NCBI RefSeq assembly: GCF_048593235.1
Contig: NC_133618.1
Span: forward strand, 478,461,294-478,525,293
Reading direction: 5' to 3'
Source of the DNA: Sminthopsis crassicaudata
Lineage: Eukaryota
DNA length: 64,000 nt
In this document: positions 50,670 through 61,955 of the stretch, one piece after another
Numbering within the stretch: the stretch's first letter is position 1
Layout of the letters: every line of letters starts with the position of its first letter
Translations under genes and position numbers: made by a program
Notes under the pieces: model-generated
What the model was told of the DNA's origin: nothing
The model's database searches: none
What the model saw: the letters and a program-made list of their open reading frames with translations, nothing else

Positions 50670-50980
50670 TTTTCCTTTTCTTTTATTTTCTTTTATTTTT
50701 TTAAATTTTTTTTTTTTTTACATTGGGCCTCCTCCCTATCTTGCCTAGGCTAGAAAGACAGCAGCCACTCCCAGGCGGATCCCAATACAGATCATCACGA
50801 AAGCTTTAACCTGCTCTGTTTTTCCAACTTGGACAAGTTTTCCCCTCCTTAGGCAGACTGGTGGCCCTCCACTACCAACGGCTCATCATATTGTCCCTCT
50901 TGCATTTCAGAACATCCAAACTCAAGTGATCCACCAACCTCAGCCTTCCCAGTAGTGAAGACTACAAGTTTACCACCATA
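50670..50980 (-). pseudogene. 7SL (SRP) RNA retrocopy / P7SL-type element with A-rich tail
   Basis: Reverse complement aligns by eye along 7SL: ttgtagtc...aggctgaggttggtggatcacttgag, aatatgatgag, gcctaaggagggg, gagcaggttaaa, agcctaggcaagataggg, then poly-A. Confidence 0.85.
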
Positions 50981-52332
50981 TTTTATATCCTTTGCTTTGC
51001 AAAGGATCTTTGAGCAAGTTACCAAGCAAGTATTTTAAATGCATTTAAAATAGGATTAAATTCATAAAATATTGGAACATCTAACTCAGGAACAGTCATT
51101 ATGAGTTGCCTGTATCTCTTAGTTTAAAAACTAGGCTTCCACAAACTTGATGGTCATTCACTATTTACACATCTGTTCTAAAGACTCTGGTTCAGAATTT
51201 CACTCATCCTGCCTGGAGTCTCATCCTACTCTCCCCTGGCCAATATTCTCACTAAGTCCCTTTCCGGATAATAATTTTTCCTTAGGCAATAAAGACCCAC
51301 ACCTGTTCTTATGAACCTAATGGACCCTTCTATGTCTTGTAATACAATTTTAATTTGTTATCAATGTCACTATATTTATATTTTTAGAAAAATCAATGTT
51401 TTCTACTAAGTTGATGGAGATGACAGGTGTGACCTTGTCTCTGACTACTAAAGAAAAAGGGGATTGAGGTTTGTGTAGGCTTGTTGGAGAATTATCTAGC
51501 TCAGCACTCTTTTCTCTTATTTGCTTAATGCAGGGGTGAAGTGGCTGAAGGGTGTGTACGAGAGGTAAAGGACAATTTGTTTCCAGCACTATGGAAACCT
51601 TGCTTAGCTTCTGAACCTCCATGGTCTGACTGTAAGGAAAGGGCCCACTAGGGACATAACAGGCAAAGATTTATTTCTGAAAGCAAAGCCTTGGCGCCCA
51701 ATCAGGAAGGAAATGTGGGAGGACATGAGAGAACTCCAATCCACCAGACAACTGGCCCCACCAACAGGTCCTGGAGAGAGAACAGTATCTCCACTCTGGT
51801 TCATAGCTCCCCTACTTCCCAGTACCACTGGCTCCTCGAGAAGTCTCAGTCTGTTGGCTGAGTATGAGTTGAACATTTCCAAGATGAGGCTGAGCAGGGG
51901 CGTAAGCTTGGATTCCAGGCCCCTGAGCTAAAATTTGGCAAAGCTGCCCTTTACCCCCCTATTGCTTGACCTTTCCTCCTTCCCACTTTCCACCCCAGAA
52001 ATGCTGGCTCTTTCACCACCCCCTGCCTGGCTCAGAACTCCTGGAGGCCTCGGGTAGGCTACTCCACCCCTCCACCTGGTACAACAAGGGCACATGTGTT
52101 CTTTGGCAGCTACTTCTGCTTTCCCTCCTTGGGACCTTTCTAGCTTATAAGGACTTCTCAGGAGGAATTAGTTGCTCTGAATGAGGGTAAGCTAGAGTTG
52201 TTTCTGGCTTTGATGTCTTTCCCTAGGGGTCTCCCCCCAACCCGAGGCTGGTTTTGGGTATCAGAACAGGATTTCATGGGGAGAGAGTTGAAGATCCAAC
52301 TTGGGACCTTCCACTGGGTTGGCATCTGACAA

Positions 52333-52334
<2 letters not shown>

Positions 52335-52400
<66 letters not shown>
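52335..52400. repeat. (TA)33 microsatellite
   Basis: Directly visible. Confidence 0.98.
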
Positions 52401-52401
<1 letters not shown>

Positions 52402-53275
52402 TTATACTGCCTGCTTTAGATGTTTTATTTTCCTGTTTCTTCTCCTCTTGTTTGCTAGGAAAGTAAGGAGACCTTTTTCTCAGCCCCAAGAACTAGTATC
52501 CCTTCTATTTCAGCTACTATGTTAACAGACTTTTCATCCATGGGTTCTCAATAAAGAAGTTTGATTCCCAAATAAGAGGATTGTTCCAGTTAAAATCTTG
52601 TCACTAGGAATCATGGTCTAAAGTGCCCAATGACTAAAGTGAACCTAGCTCTGAAGTAACATTCTTAATTAAACCCTCTTTGAAGAGGTCTAGACTCCAT
52701 GTTTCTAGGACTGTTGGGGAACCTTTCACATTGCCCTTGTTTGGAAAGCTCAGTCAATCAGCAAATATTATTAAACACTCATAAGGGCAAGGCTCTGGGC
52801 TGCTTCTGTTAGAAAGATCAGAGAACATCTCTGCCCTTTATCTTTCCTTTTACCCCAAGGAGTCTTGCCTAGCCCTTACAAAATGGGATATAGGGATCCA
52901 CTTCCCCCTTTGCTTAATTTTTAAAGTTTGTAAGTAATAATTTAACCTGACTTTGTAAATAAGTACAAACAATTTACTAGCCCACATTAGAAATCCCCCT
53001 ACCACCAAGCTCACATCCATTGATGTGAGATGCTGTGGTTACAGTGGCTAATGTCAGAGGTATACCACTACTTTATTTTCAATATTCAATAGCTGGGAAC
53101 CAAAAGGGAAAATAGCTTCCTGAGTATTCAGTGGAAACAACACTCCTTGTCTTATCAGTCCTTTGGACCCAGAAAGCCTGATAGTACAATAATATATTGG
53201 TCAGTGAATTTGAACTTAGACAATCTCTTTTCTATCAATTTCCTATCTATGAAATAGGGGCCTAAAAGAGCCTTA

Positions 53276-53580
53276 CAGTGTGTCTTAACTTTTTTTTCCC
53301 CTTAACATTGTTTTATGTCATGTATTTCTTTGTCAGTTTGGTGAAAACTTTTTTTTTTTTTTTATTTTTTTTTTTTTGCTGAGGCAATTGGGTTTAAGTG
53401 GGGTTGCCCAGGGTCACATAACTAAGAAGTGTCTGAGTTCAGATTTGAACTCAGGTCCTCCTGATTTCAGGGCTAGTGTGAAAACTTTCTCAGAATAATA
53501 TTTTTAAATGCATAAGATAACATACAAAGGAAACCAATTCTATTGCAATGTAGTTCTGGACTCCAAGTTAAGAATCTTAG
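53276..53580. mobile_element. Charlie4z-like hAT element interrupted by a SINE
   Basis: cagtgtgtcttaactttt...gtcagtttggtgaaaact [SINE] ttctcagaataatatttttaaatgcataag...caagttaagaatc. Confidence 0.7.
53351..53477 (-). mobile_element. 5'-truncated WSINE1-type SINE with TSD
   Basis: Poly-T then gctgaggcaattgggtttaagtg...cccagggtcaca...gatttgaactcaggtcctcctga; TSD GTGAAAACTT at 53341-53350 and 53478-53487. Confidence 0.85.
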
Positions 53581-55779
53581 ATCTCTTGAAATCCCTTTAA
53601 GTTCTAGGAGTTACTGATTCTGACCTCAATCTGTTCTTAGAACTTAATAGAGCAGATCATTACTGTTCTTATTTCAGTGTCAAGAATGCAAAAGCAGGGA
53701 ATTTTCTGTTGATACATTAGCTAGGGGAAAGGGGACTTTCTAGCACAAGTTTATGAACTTCAGACCATTCATTTTCACCATTCATTATGATGGTTTGGTG
53801 AAAAGTGCTTTAGATCTAGAGTTAAGAGACTTCTGTTTTGAGTCCTAGACCAAGATCTCCTTAGTTGTGTAATTTATGACAATTTATTTTATCTCCCTCT
53901 ATTTCTTCTTCTGTAAAATGGGAAGGTTAATATTTGAACTACTTACCAGTCAGGGTTGTTGTGACAAAAGTTCTTTGTAAATGTGAATTAATATTACAGT
54001 CATAGGACACTAGAACTTTAGAGTTAGAAGGGAGCCTTGGAGTTCATTGAGTACAACATTCCCTTTTGAGAAATATTATTTATCTTTTGTTGTTTGGAGT
54101 GGTCAGTTGCCCAAAAAGTAGAATAGAAGGAGAAAAGGGAAGGACTTTTAAGTTAAAACTATCTCTTCTACTGTCATGAGATATTGCTTGAAATCCCATC
54201 ATTAGAAAGTAATTCCTTAGATCAATACCCTAGATCACTTGCCCCTAAAATGCAAACCCCTGAGAAGTCCTCTGCTTATAGCCCACTATGTGAGTGCTAA
54301 AAAATTCATTATATTCTTTTCCATTTGACAACTACCAAAAGCATATTTTGATTATGAAGAAGATGGGAGAAAGGTTGAGAGTAATGGAGAAAGAAGACTT
54401 AGGTACAGAGTCTGGGACTACCTGGAGGCAGGAAGAAAGAAGGAAACCCCATTAAGGAGGAGAGAATCTCCAAAGACAAACTTCACCCAGAACCAATACC
54501 CCCTATGTCATACTCCTCCCTATCCACATGCCAATTCTTATAGCATTGTCAAGTAGTAATTCCCTATTTGGAAACCAAAACTGTTCAGTGGAAGATCATT
54601 AGCAAACTTCCCTCCTGTGTTTGAATAGGTTTATAAAGCTCTATTTTCCCATTTATAAAGAAAAGCACCTCAAGGTGCTCTTTCACCAACTGCCACACAT
54701 AACTGGCCTTTTTTGGACCTTTGCTGATATCTAAGCTTGACCTCCATCTTTTGTTTCTTCTAAACTGCTGTTATGAAAAAAGTGGAAGGACAAAGCTTGG
54801 AGACTCATGCACTTAGTGCAGCCTGAATGGGAGAATATGATTCTAAAAAGGGAGATGTCTCTGCTAGGGTGAAGGCAATATGCTTCTTTAAAATGTACAG
54901 CGAACACATCTGCACAGAGAAAAAAGAAGGGGGAAAATGCAAGCTTTGTTATTTTTACTCTTTGGTGGTTGGGGCCATCTGTGCAGGTTTAAGCTTGTCT
55001 GGAGAAAATTGGGATTTGTAGAAGAAATTCAAATTTATGATTACTTTCCATGCTGTCATTATGAAAAGAATTTTTACAGGATTTGGGGAGGCAATTCTGG
55101 TATTTTTACAGCACTTGTGCCAAATTCCAACAGCTGTTCTGGATGTGCATGGATGTGACGCCTTCTACCAGGGTAGCACCATGCCCTGAATCGATATTCT
55201 TTCTCTCAGCACTTTGTCTTCTGGGGTCTATTCACATCCGGATGCAGTGGGAGGGAAGATGGGGGGAGGTGGGTAGGTCCACATTCCCGGTTTCTGTCAG
55301 TTACCCTCAGCCAGTAAGGATTCCTAGGGACAAGATAACCTTATCTGCCATTACAAATGATGTGAGATAATACTGTATACCTTTGCCCTATCTATGTAAG
55401 GAGTGTCTCTTGAATGTAGAAATGCTGAGAGATTCAGACTTACAGAATTTTAACGTTAAAGGCAACCTCAGAGGTCATTTAGTTATTTTGTAGATGAGGA
55501 AACTGTGCTATAGATCACCACAGAGAAATGATTTACCCAAGATCACATACCCAGCCAAGGCCATAAATAACTAGAACACAAACTTAAGTTTTTTGACACT
55601 TGGTTTGATGTTCCTTTACTATATTACATTGACATAGCATGGAACTGACCCTGTGCTGACATAGTCAGGGTGGGCTTTCGGCAGTGTAATAGGTAAAAGG
55701 GGTAAGAGAGGGAGATAATGGACTATAGTTCATTTATTCAGTAAACCTTAATTAAGTACCCACTACAGTGCTCCAAGGA

Positions 55780-56420
55780 GATATAAGGAGAAGTAAGGTC
55801 GAACTGGGATCTCTTCAATAATTAACCCACAGGCCTTTATTAGGCCCCAATCATGAGTCAGACACTCTTCTAGGTGCTTGGGATACCAACACAAAATATG
55901 AAACAGTCCTTATTTAATAAGATCTTACATTCTAATGGGAAGAGGAAGAAATACATATATAAATATTCACAGAACAAATATAAAGAGAATAAATACAAAT
56001 AAATATGAATTAGAGAAATACAAGATAGGGAAAGAGGATAAGCATTAGCACTTGGGAAAGATCAGGAAAAGTTTCCTGTACAAGGTAGTGCTTGTGTTTC
56101 ATCATGAAGGAAGAAAAATATTATATAGATAGAGGTGACAAAAGAGTGCATTCCACTTTGGAAACAGTTTGTGTAGAGAGGCAGGTAGAGAGAAAACATC
56201 CTGTATGAGTAATGGACAGAAGACATGGGTAACTAGGTTACAGAGCTTGGGGAGATAGTGACTAGAAAGTTGGACTGAGTTTGGGAAAGGCTTTAATGAA
56301 GGAATTTCTGTTTTATCCTAGAGACAATAGGAAGTCCCTGGAGTCTAATTTGGTTAGAACTACCTTTAAGGAAAATTACTTTGGCAGCTATGTGGAAGAT
56401 GGAGTAGAGTATTAAGATTT
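55780..56420 (-). mobile_element. L2 LINE fragment
   Basis: gcctttattaggcccc...ggtgcttgggataccaacacaaaa...; gatcaggaaaagtttcctgtacaaggtag; gacaataggaagtccctggag. Confidence 0.65.
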
Positions 56421-56707
56421 GAGGAAGGGACATAACCTAGCAGAGAAACCAATAATCTCTTGCAGGTGATCGTTGATTTCATTCTTATAAGTCAGTATTT
56501 TCAAAGGGGACAGAGGCCTTTTATTTAAATCAGCAACCCTTCTGCCAGATATCCCACTATTAAAGCTTCAATGTAAAATTGAGAGTGGGAGAGAGGGATT
56601 GAAGATTTTTTACCTTCTCAGAGACCATTGTGAAAACACAAATATTCTTGGGAAGAAGTTATTCCAGAGTTAGAAAGTTAGAAAAGAAGTTAAAAAGCAT
56701 CTTAGGC

Positions 56708-56893
56708 TAGAGTCCTTAACTTTTTTTTTTCCCATCATGGATTCCTAAGACATAGGGTGCAGCCTATGAGCCCCTTCTTAGATAATATTTTTAAATGCAT
56801 AAAATAAAATACACAAAAATTACAAAGAGAACCCATATTGAAATAGTTATCAAAATTAAAAAAAAAAAAAAAGCCCAAGGTTAAGAACCCCTG
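56708..56893. mobile_element. Charlie4z-like hAT element
   Basis: ...gcagcctatgagccccttctagataatatttttaaatgcataaaataaaatac...cccaaggttaagaacccctg. Confidence 0.8.
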
Positions 56894-59800
56894 CCTTAAG
56901 CTGATATTTTTGTTATTAACTAAAAGACTTTAGTAGGGATCTACAGCCAACTAAAAGGAAAAATGGAATAAGAAAAGGAGTACTAGGAAGGAGGAATGGT
57001 GTTAGTTATTCCTGAGGGAGAGAAAAGGAGAGAAGGAAAGAATGGGAGAGAGGGTAAGGAGGGCCCAGTGACAAACTTTGCTGAGTTTGCCATTTTGTCA
57101 AAGTCTGGCTCTTTCTCCATCTCAACTGTATGTGAACCACTGAACATGATTTAATCACTATCTGCTGAGTATTCCCAGAGTAGATGAGTAAATCTTGGTT
57201 CCTTCCCATCCCTGAGCTCAACGCTATGTAGGTCATTCCTTTTGGAGTCCTATGTTCATTATTTCTACTTGTAAGAGCACTGGGAAAACAAAGAACATCT
57301 TGCACTTTATCAGAATAAATTTCCCCCCAATTCTAGCTAGGTTTGGAATAGCTGGGTCCCAGCAGAACTTCTAGTGTTTAGCCTCTGGGGTACTGTGAAG
57401 TTGGGAGAGGAAACATCCCCATGTTTTAATGTGGACTTAGTTTCTCTGTTGGGTTATGGAAGGGTGAAATTCATGGTGACCGTAGCATGGCCTTCCACCT
57501 GCAAGCTGGAGGCCCTCTCTGCTGTTCAGAAAAGAAGCCCAGGAATGACATTCACTTGGGAGCTGAGGGCTGAGAGCCTGGGAAGGAGCTGACTTAGGAC
57601 TAACCCTTGGCTAACATGTGGTCCAAGTAGAGGAGCAATCCAGATGGGAAGTTAAGCCAACAGAATGGGATGTGTTGGATTTGGTTTTTCTCTTCCCTTC
57701 TTCCTTTGAGGAAACTTCTAACCGTCTGGCCTGTATTTGGTGTCACTGGAAAATATTTTCTCAAATTCTGTCAGATTGATGGAAAAAATTGAGAAATGAG
57801 AAGACAAATTGCAGCTGAATGAGATGTGTTTACAGATTTCAGAAAGCGATTTTCAGTACTTTTCATTTTAATGATGTCCAGAACAGCTGAAAAGAATGTG
57901 AAGGCTGTAAGAGAAGATAGACATGGCCATCAATAAGAAATTCAAAGAGAACACAAAAGGCAGGCTGGGTGGGTTTTATTAATTATATCTCTTTTATCCA
58001 TATAACAATGGCATGTCAGTAATTGACACAGAATATACTTAATTGATGCTAATAATTTCATCCTTTTGTTTCCTTTTTTTTTTTTCCCCCTAAAGAAGCT
58101 GTTTTAGCCTCCTCAGACCAATTCTGCCCAAGAAGTTACTAGACATGATTTTGAAACCATTAGTTCTTGGTAGATTTCTCCCAGTTTTTCCTCCCTCTCT
58201 CCCTCTTGGTAACGAAGCATAGTTGACAACCCTGACTTCCAAGTCCATTAGTATCACTTCAATGTCAGCATGCACCATTCCTGGGGAGAAGGGAGCCACC
58301 AGTTTCTACCTCCCTCCTACCCCGTGATTTCCCGTTCTATCCCCAGCCCCAGCTGCAACTTGCTGTCTTTGTAGGATTGAGCTACCTAAAGCAAACCACC
58401 CCCTCACCAAGGAAATTTGCTTTCTCAGCCTCAGGGGAAACATGATCCTTCTGTGAGTGAACATGTTTCTTAAGGGAAAATTCCTGCCTCTCCCTTCTGT
58501 TCAGCATCATTGTCACTTATTGGCTTGGTATTTGGAGAACGTTTTTCCCTTTGCCAACTCCCTCACCTCAAGTTCTTTGTTAGAATTCTATTTCTTTGGT
58601 GACAAGTAAAGAAGTCCCCAGTTTACTACTTTTAAAAAATCCAATGTTCAGATATCTGTAAATATCCATTAAATGGCCTCCATGAAACTACTAATTCAAT
58701 GATCATAATTACCACCTGTGTGCAAAACATGGTGCTAGGTAAAGGGGGAGATATATATTTTAGACGAGACATGGGTCTGTCTCTCCCCTTGAGGTAGCCT
58801 AGAGTTTAGTAGGGAGACAGGACACTCACAAATAATGGAGCCCAGTGGAACTCCAGAGGTTAATGAGCCAATAAATATACTACATAAAATAATATAACAC
58901 ATACATTAGAGTAGTTAAAACAAGATCAAGGAGGAAGGCTTTGTGAGAGTAAGGTAGAGTGATAGAGTTTTGTTCACTGAGTCTATATCTTAGGGCATTT
59001 CTCTTTTAATCTGTTTTATAGACTGCTGTTCTCTCTTCTTGCAAGTATCTTGGAACTTAGTCTTAACTTACTACCCATGTCACTAGAGCTTCCCTTCCCA
59101 GGTTCTATTTCCCCTTTCTATCTTCTCCCAGGGATTTTCAGGTGAGTGGCCATAGTCCATGAGACATGAACTGAACCTGGACTCAATGAGTGGCAGGATT
59201 CCCTTTCTCCTAGGTAACTATACTTGGAGCAAACTTATCTACACTGCACTCCCAGCCTCATCCTGAATCTACAGAATAATTTCTAGTTACACCTTTTGAG
59301 TACAATTCTGGGCACATAATGAGCGCCCAACAAAATATTGAATTGGAATCATAGAATTTCAGTTCATATACAAGCTTTGCATTTACTATTTATGTGATCA
59401 TAGGTAAGTCACTTAACCTCAGTGAATCTCAATTTCCTTATCGTCAAAATAAGGATTTTAGGTTAGAAGATTTCTAAGATTCCTTTTAGTTCTACATTTA
59501 GGAATGAATAAAATGTCCTTTGGGCTCTTCCATTATCTCTGGTGGCTTATGATATACAACTCAAAGTTTAATCATCTAAAGTTTTCCTGAATAATATGCT
59601 ATTCTGGACCAATATCACATAGTCAGTCTGAGAAACCTTATTCACTCTGGCTTTCCCTGGGGATGTCCAGTGCAATTATGTTCCAAGGTTCAGAGTAAGA
59701 CCTTTGAAAGATAAGAGTTGGTTTTCCTTCACTTTCTGGTTGTTGAAGACATTGTACACAGAGGTAACTGAAGAGGAAGCTCTGATGGTGATGAGTGGGG

Positions 59801-60168
59801 ACCTGGAAGTCATTAGGGATAAGGTTCAACTATTCTAGCAAGCACTAAAAAATCAAATAGGACTCAGGTTCCCAGCCCTTGGCAAAGAACTGGGAAAAGT
59901 CTGTCTTCCTTTTTTTTTGGTCATTCCTATCACCATTTCTGCCTCTTACTTGCTCAGATTTCCTTCCCAGAAGTTGCCTCTCATATTCCAAGTAGAACAG
60001 TGCTGTTCTGGAGAAAATGAAAGTTTTATAAATGGTGATTCCTCTGAGATTGTTTTGCTTTTTTAAGAAAGAATTATAGTCAGCTTTTTTTTTTTTTCCC
60101 TGGTCTGGTTTAGTATCATCCTTACTTCAGGTAGAGAGTTGAATAAGGTAATCAAGATCAGCCAGATA

Positions 60169-60317
60169 GTGGCAGCTAGGTGGTGCAGTGGATAGAGCAC
60201 CAGCCTTGAATTCAGGAGGACCCAAGTTCAAATCTGGTCTGAGACACTTAACACTTCCTAGCTGTGTGACTCTGGGCAAGTCACTTAACCCCAGCCTGTG
60301 GGGGGGGGGGGGGAGAG
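60169..60317 (+). mobile_element. Young full-length WSINE1 with 15-bp TSD and G-rich tail
   Basis: ggcagctaggtggtgcagtggatagagcaccagccttgaattcaggaggacccaagttcaaatctggtc...; TSD AAGATCAGCCAGATA (60154-60168) / AAGATCAGCCGGATA (60318-60332). Confidence 0.95.
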
Positions 60318-61247
60318 AAGATCAGCCGGATATTTCCAATTAATGCCCATCTTGCTTTGAATTGTCTGCCTGATGAAGAATTTGTGGTCAAACCTAAGAT
60401 TAATTTGCTCTGAAATCAGTCCCACTCCTAGAACAGTCTTGGATATTAGAATTCAATGGCATGGGGACCTAGACTTATTTCATTCAAAAGAGAAAAAAAA
60501 CTAATGTAATGACAGGTACTTGATTCATTCTTGCTAATAGACCAGTCTCCGTTTCACAGTTTTAATCATAGGTTTGCTTTTTTTCCCTCTCTCCTGTTTC
60601 TAATAGGCTGAACTCAACCCACAATATCTCTTTGGCTGCAAGAAAGTCAGTAAGTTAATAAAGGTAGTTAGTTCTGAAAAAATCAATTGGCAGAGAAATA
60701 GTCTCTGACATTAAAAAAAATGTACTGTGTGTACGTGAGTTTTAAGCCACCAACAGCTGAAGGAATCAGCTTCCCATGAGGTGTGCACTAGAATTGATGA
60801 AAGTGTGTGCAAAGGATGTTTGTTAAGTTGGCAGCTGCGGCAGCAGCAGATCTGTAGCCTGGTGTTTAGCCATGGCAGGGGGGCGTCCAGCTGGCCTGTT
60901 TCAGCTCTGGAATAAGGGAAACCATTGTCTTCTTTCTCAGCTAGTCTCCTTCACAAGTTAGTTAAAGAATTCACCATTAAGCACAATTTACCAATGGCAC
61001 CCAAGTGTTGAAATGCCAGTTCTCAGAGGGCTTTTCTCATTCCCCCCAAACTGTTACCTCTTATCAAAACCTTTTTCCATTTCCAGAGAATCAAAAGATT
61101 CTCTTCTATTTTAGCACTGTCTGGGGATGGCAGGCTAAACCTGATTTATAATGATTTAGACCTTGCCTTGGGTTTATTCAGCCCAGCAAATACTGTGCAG
61201 TCTCCCATACCCATCAAAGGTAAGGGGAAAGCAAGAAAGGTTAAGAC

Positions 61248-61675
61248 TGTAATGCCAGAGAAACTGAGCAAGATAGAGATTAGAGAGTATTCAATACAGA
61301 ATTTATTAAGACCAATGAATCCATGGTTGGCCCAGGGCTGAAGGAGACTATGGTCTCAAAGAATCCAGCCCTGAATATCGGATACAGCATTCTTTTATAG
61401 AGTAACAAGAACAATGACATAATGGGGGAAGTACCTGGGGATGATATAATGGGAGTTACTGGAGAGGCTCCTGATATTCTAATGATGTCTAATATGGATA
61501 AAGACCTTCATCCCATTAAACATTAAGAGGGAATAAATATAGCCTAAGGTCTAAGGTATAAGGCCTTTATCCTATCAAACATTTAGAGGGGATGGTTATA
61601 AGCCTAGGCAGAGTAACTGAATAGGACAATTAGGAAAACTGAGTCAGGACATTGAAAGAGAATTGTGGCACAACA
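61248..61675 (-). mobile_element. Solo ERV LTR, 428 bp, with 4-bp TSD
   Basis: TG...CA termini; AGAC at 61244-61247 and 61676-61679; - strand CTATAAAAG (61400-61392) and AATAAA (61307-61302). Confidence 0.85.
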
Positions 61676-61722
61676 AGACCAGAAGTAGAAAGCTATTATA
61701 AAGAATGATTATAGATCAATAT

Positions 61723-61955
61723 GGGGGCAGCATATGGCACAGTAGATAGTATGCCAGGTCCAGAGTTAGGAACTCATTTTTCAGAGTTCAAATCTGACCT
61801 TAGACACTTACTAGCTGTGTGACCCCAGGAAAATCACTTAACACTGTTTACCTCAATTTCCTCATTTGTAAAAGGAACTAGAGAAGGAAATGGCAAATCA
61901 CTTCAGAATCTTTCCCAAGAAAACTCCAAATGGAATCATGAACTGCACTACAGCC
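61723..61955 (+). mobile_element. Mar1-type marsupial SINE
   Basis: ggggcagcatatggcacagtagatag head, core, and the RTE-like tail gagaaggaaatggcaaatcacttcagaatctttcccaagaaaactccaaatgg. Confidence 0.85.

Noticed and set aside
51692-51701. TGGCGCCCAA resembling a tRNA-Lys primer-binding site
   Set aside because: Only 10 of 18 nt match, it is not preceded by an LTR CA end, and no gag or pol follows.
49230-58299. ORFs and exon-like segments at 49.3, 51.6-51.9, 55.1 and 58.1 kb as coding exons of the 46-kb gene
   Set aside because: No recognisable protein similarity and no consistent acceptor/donor/phase chain.
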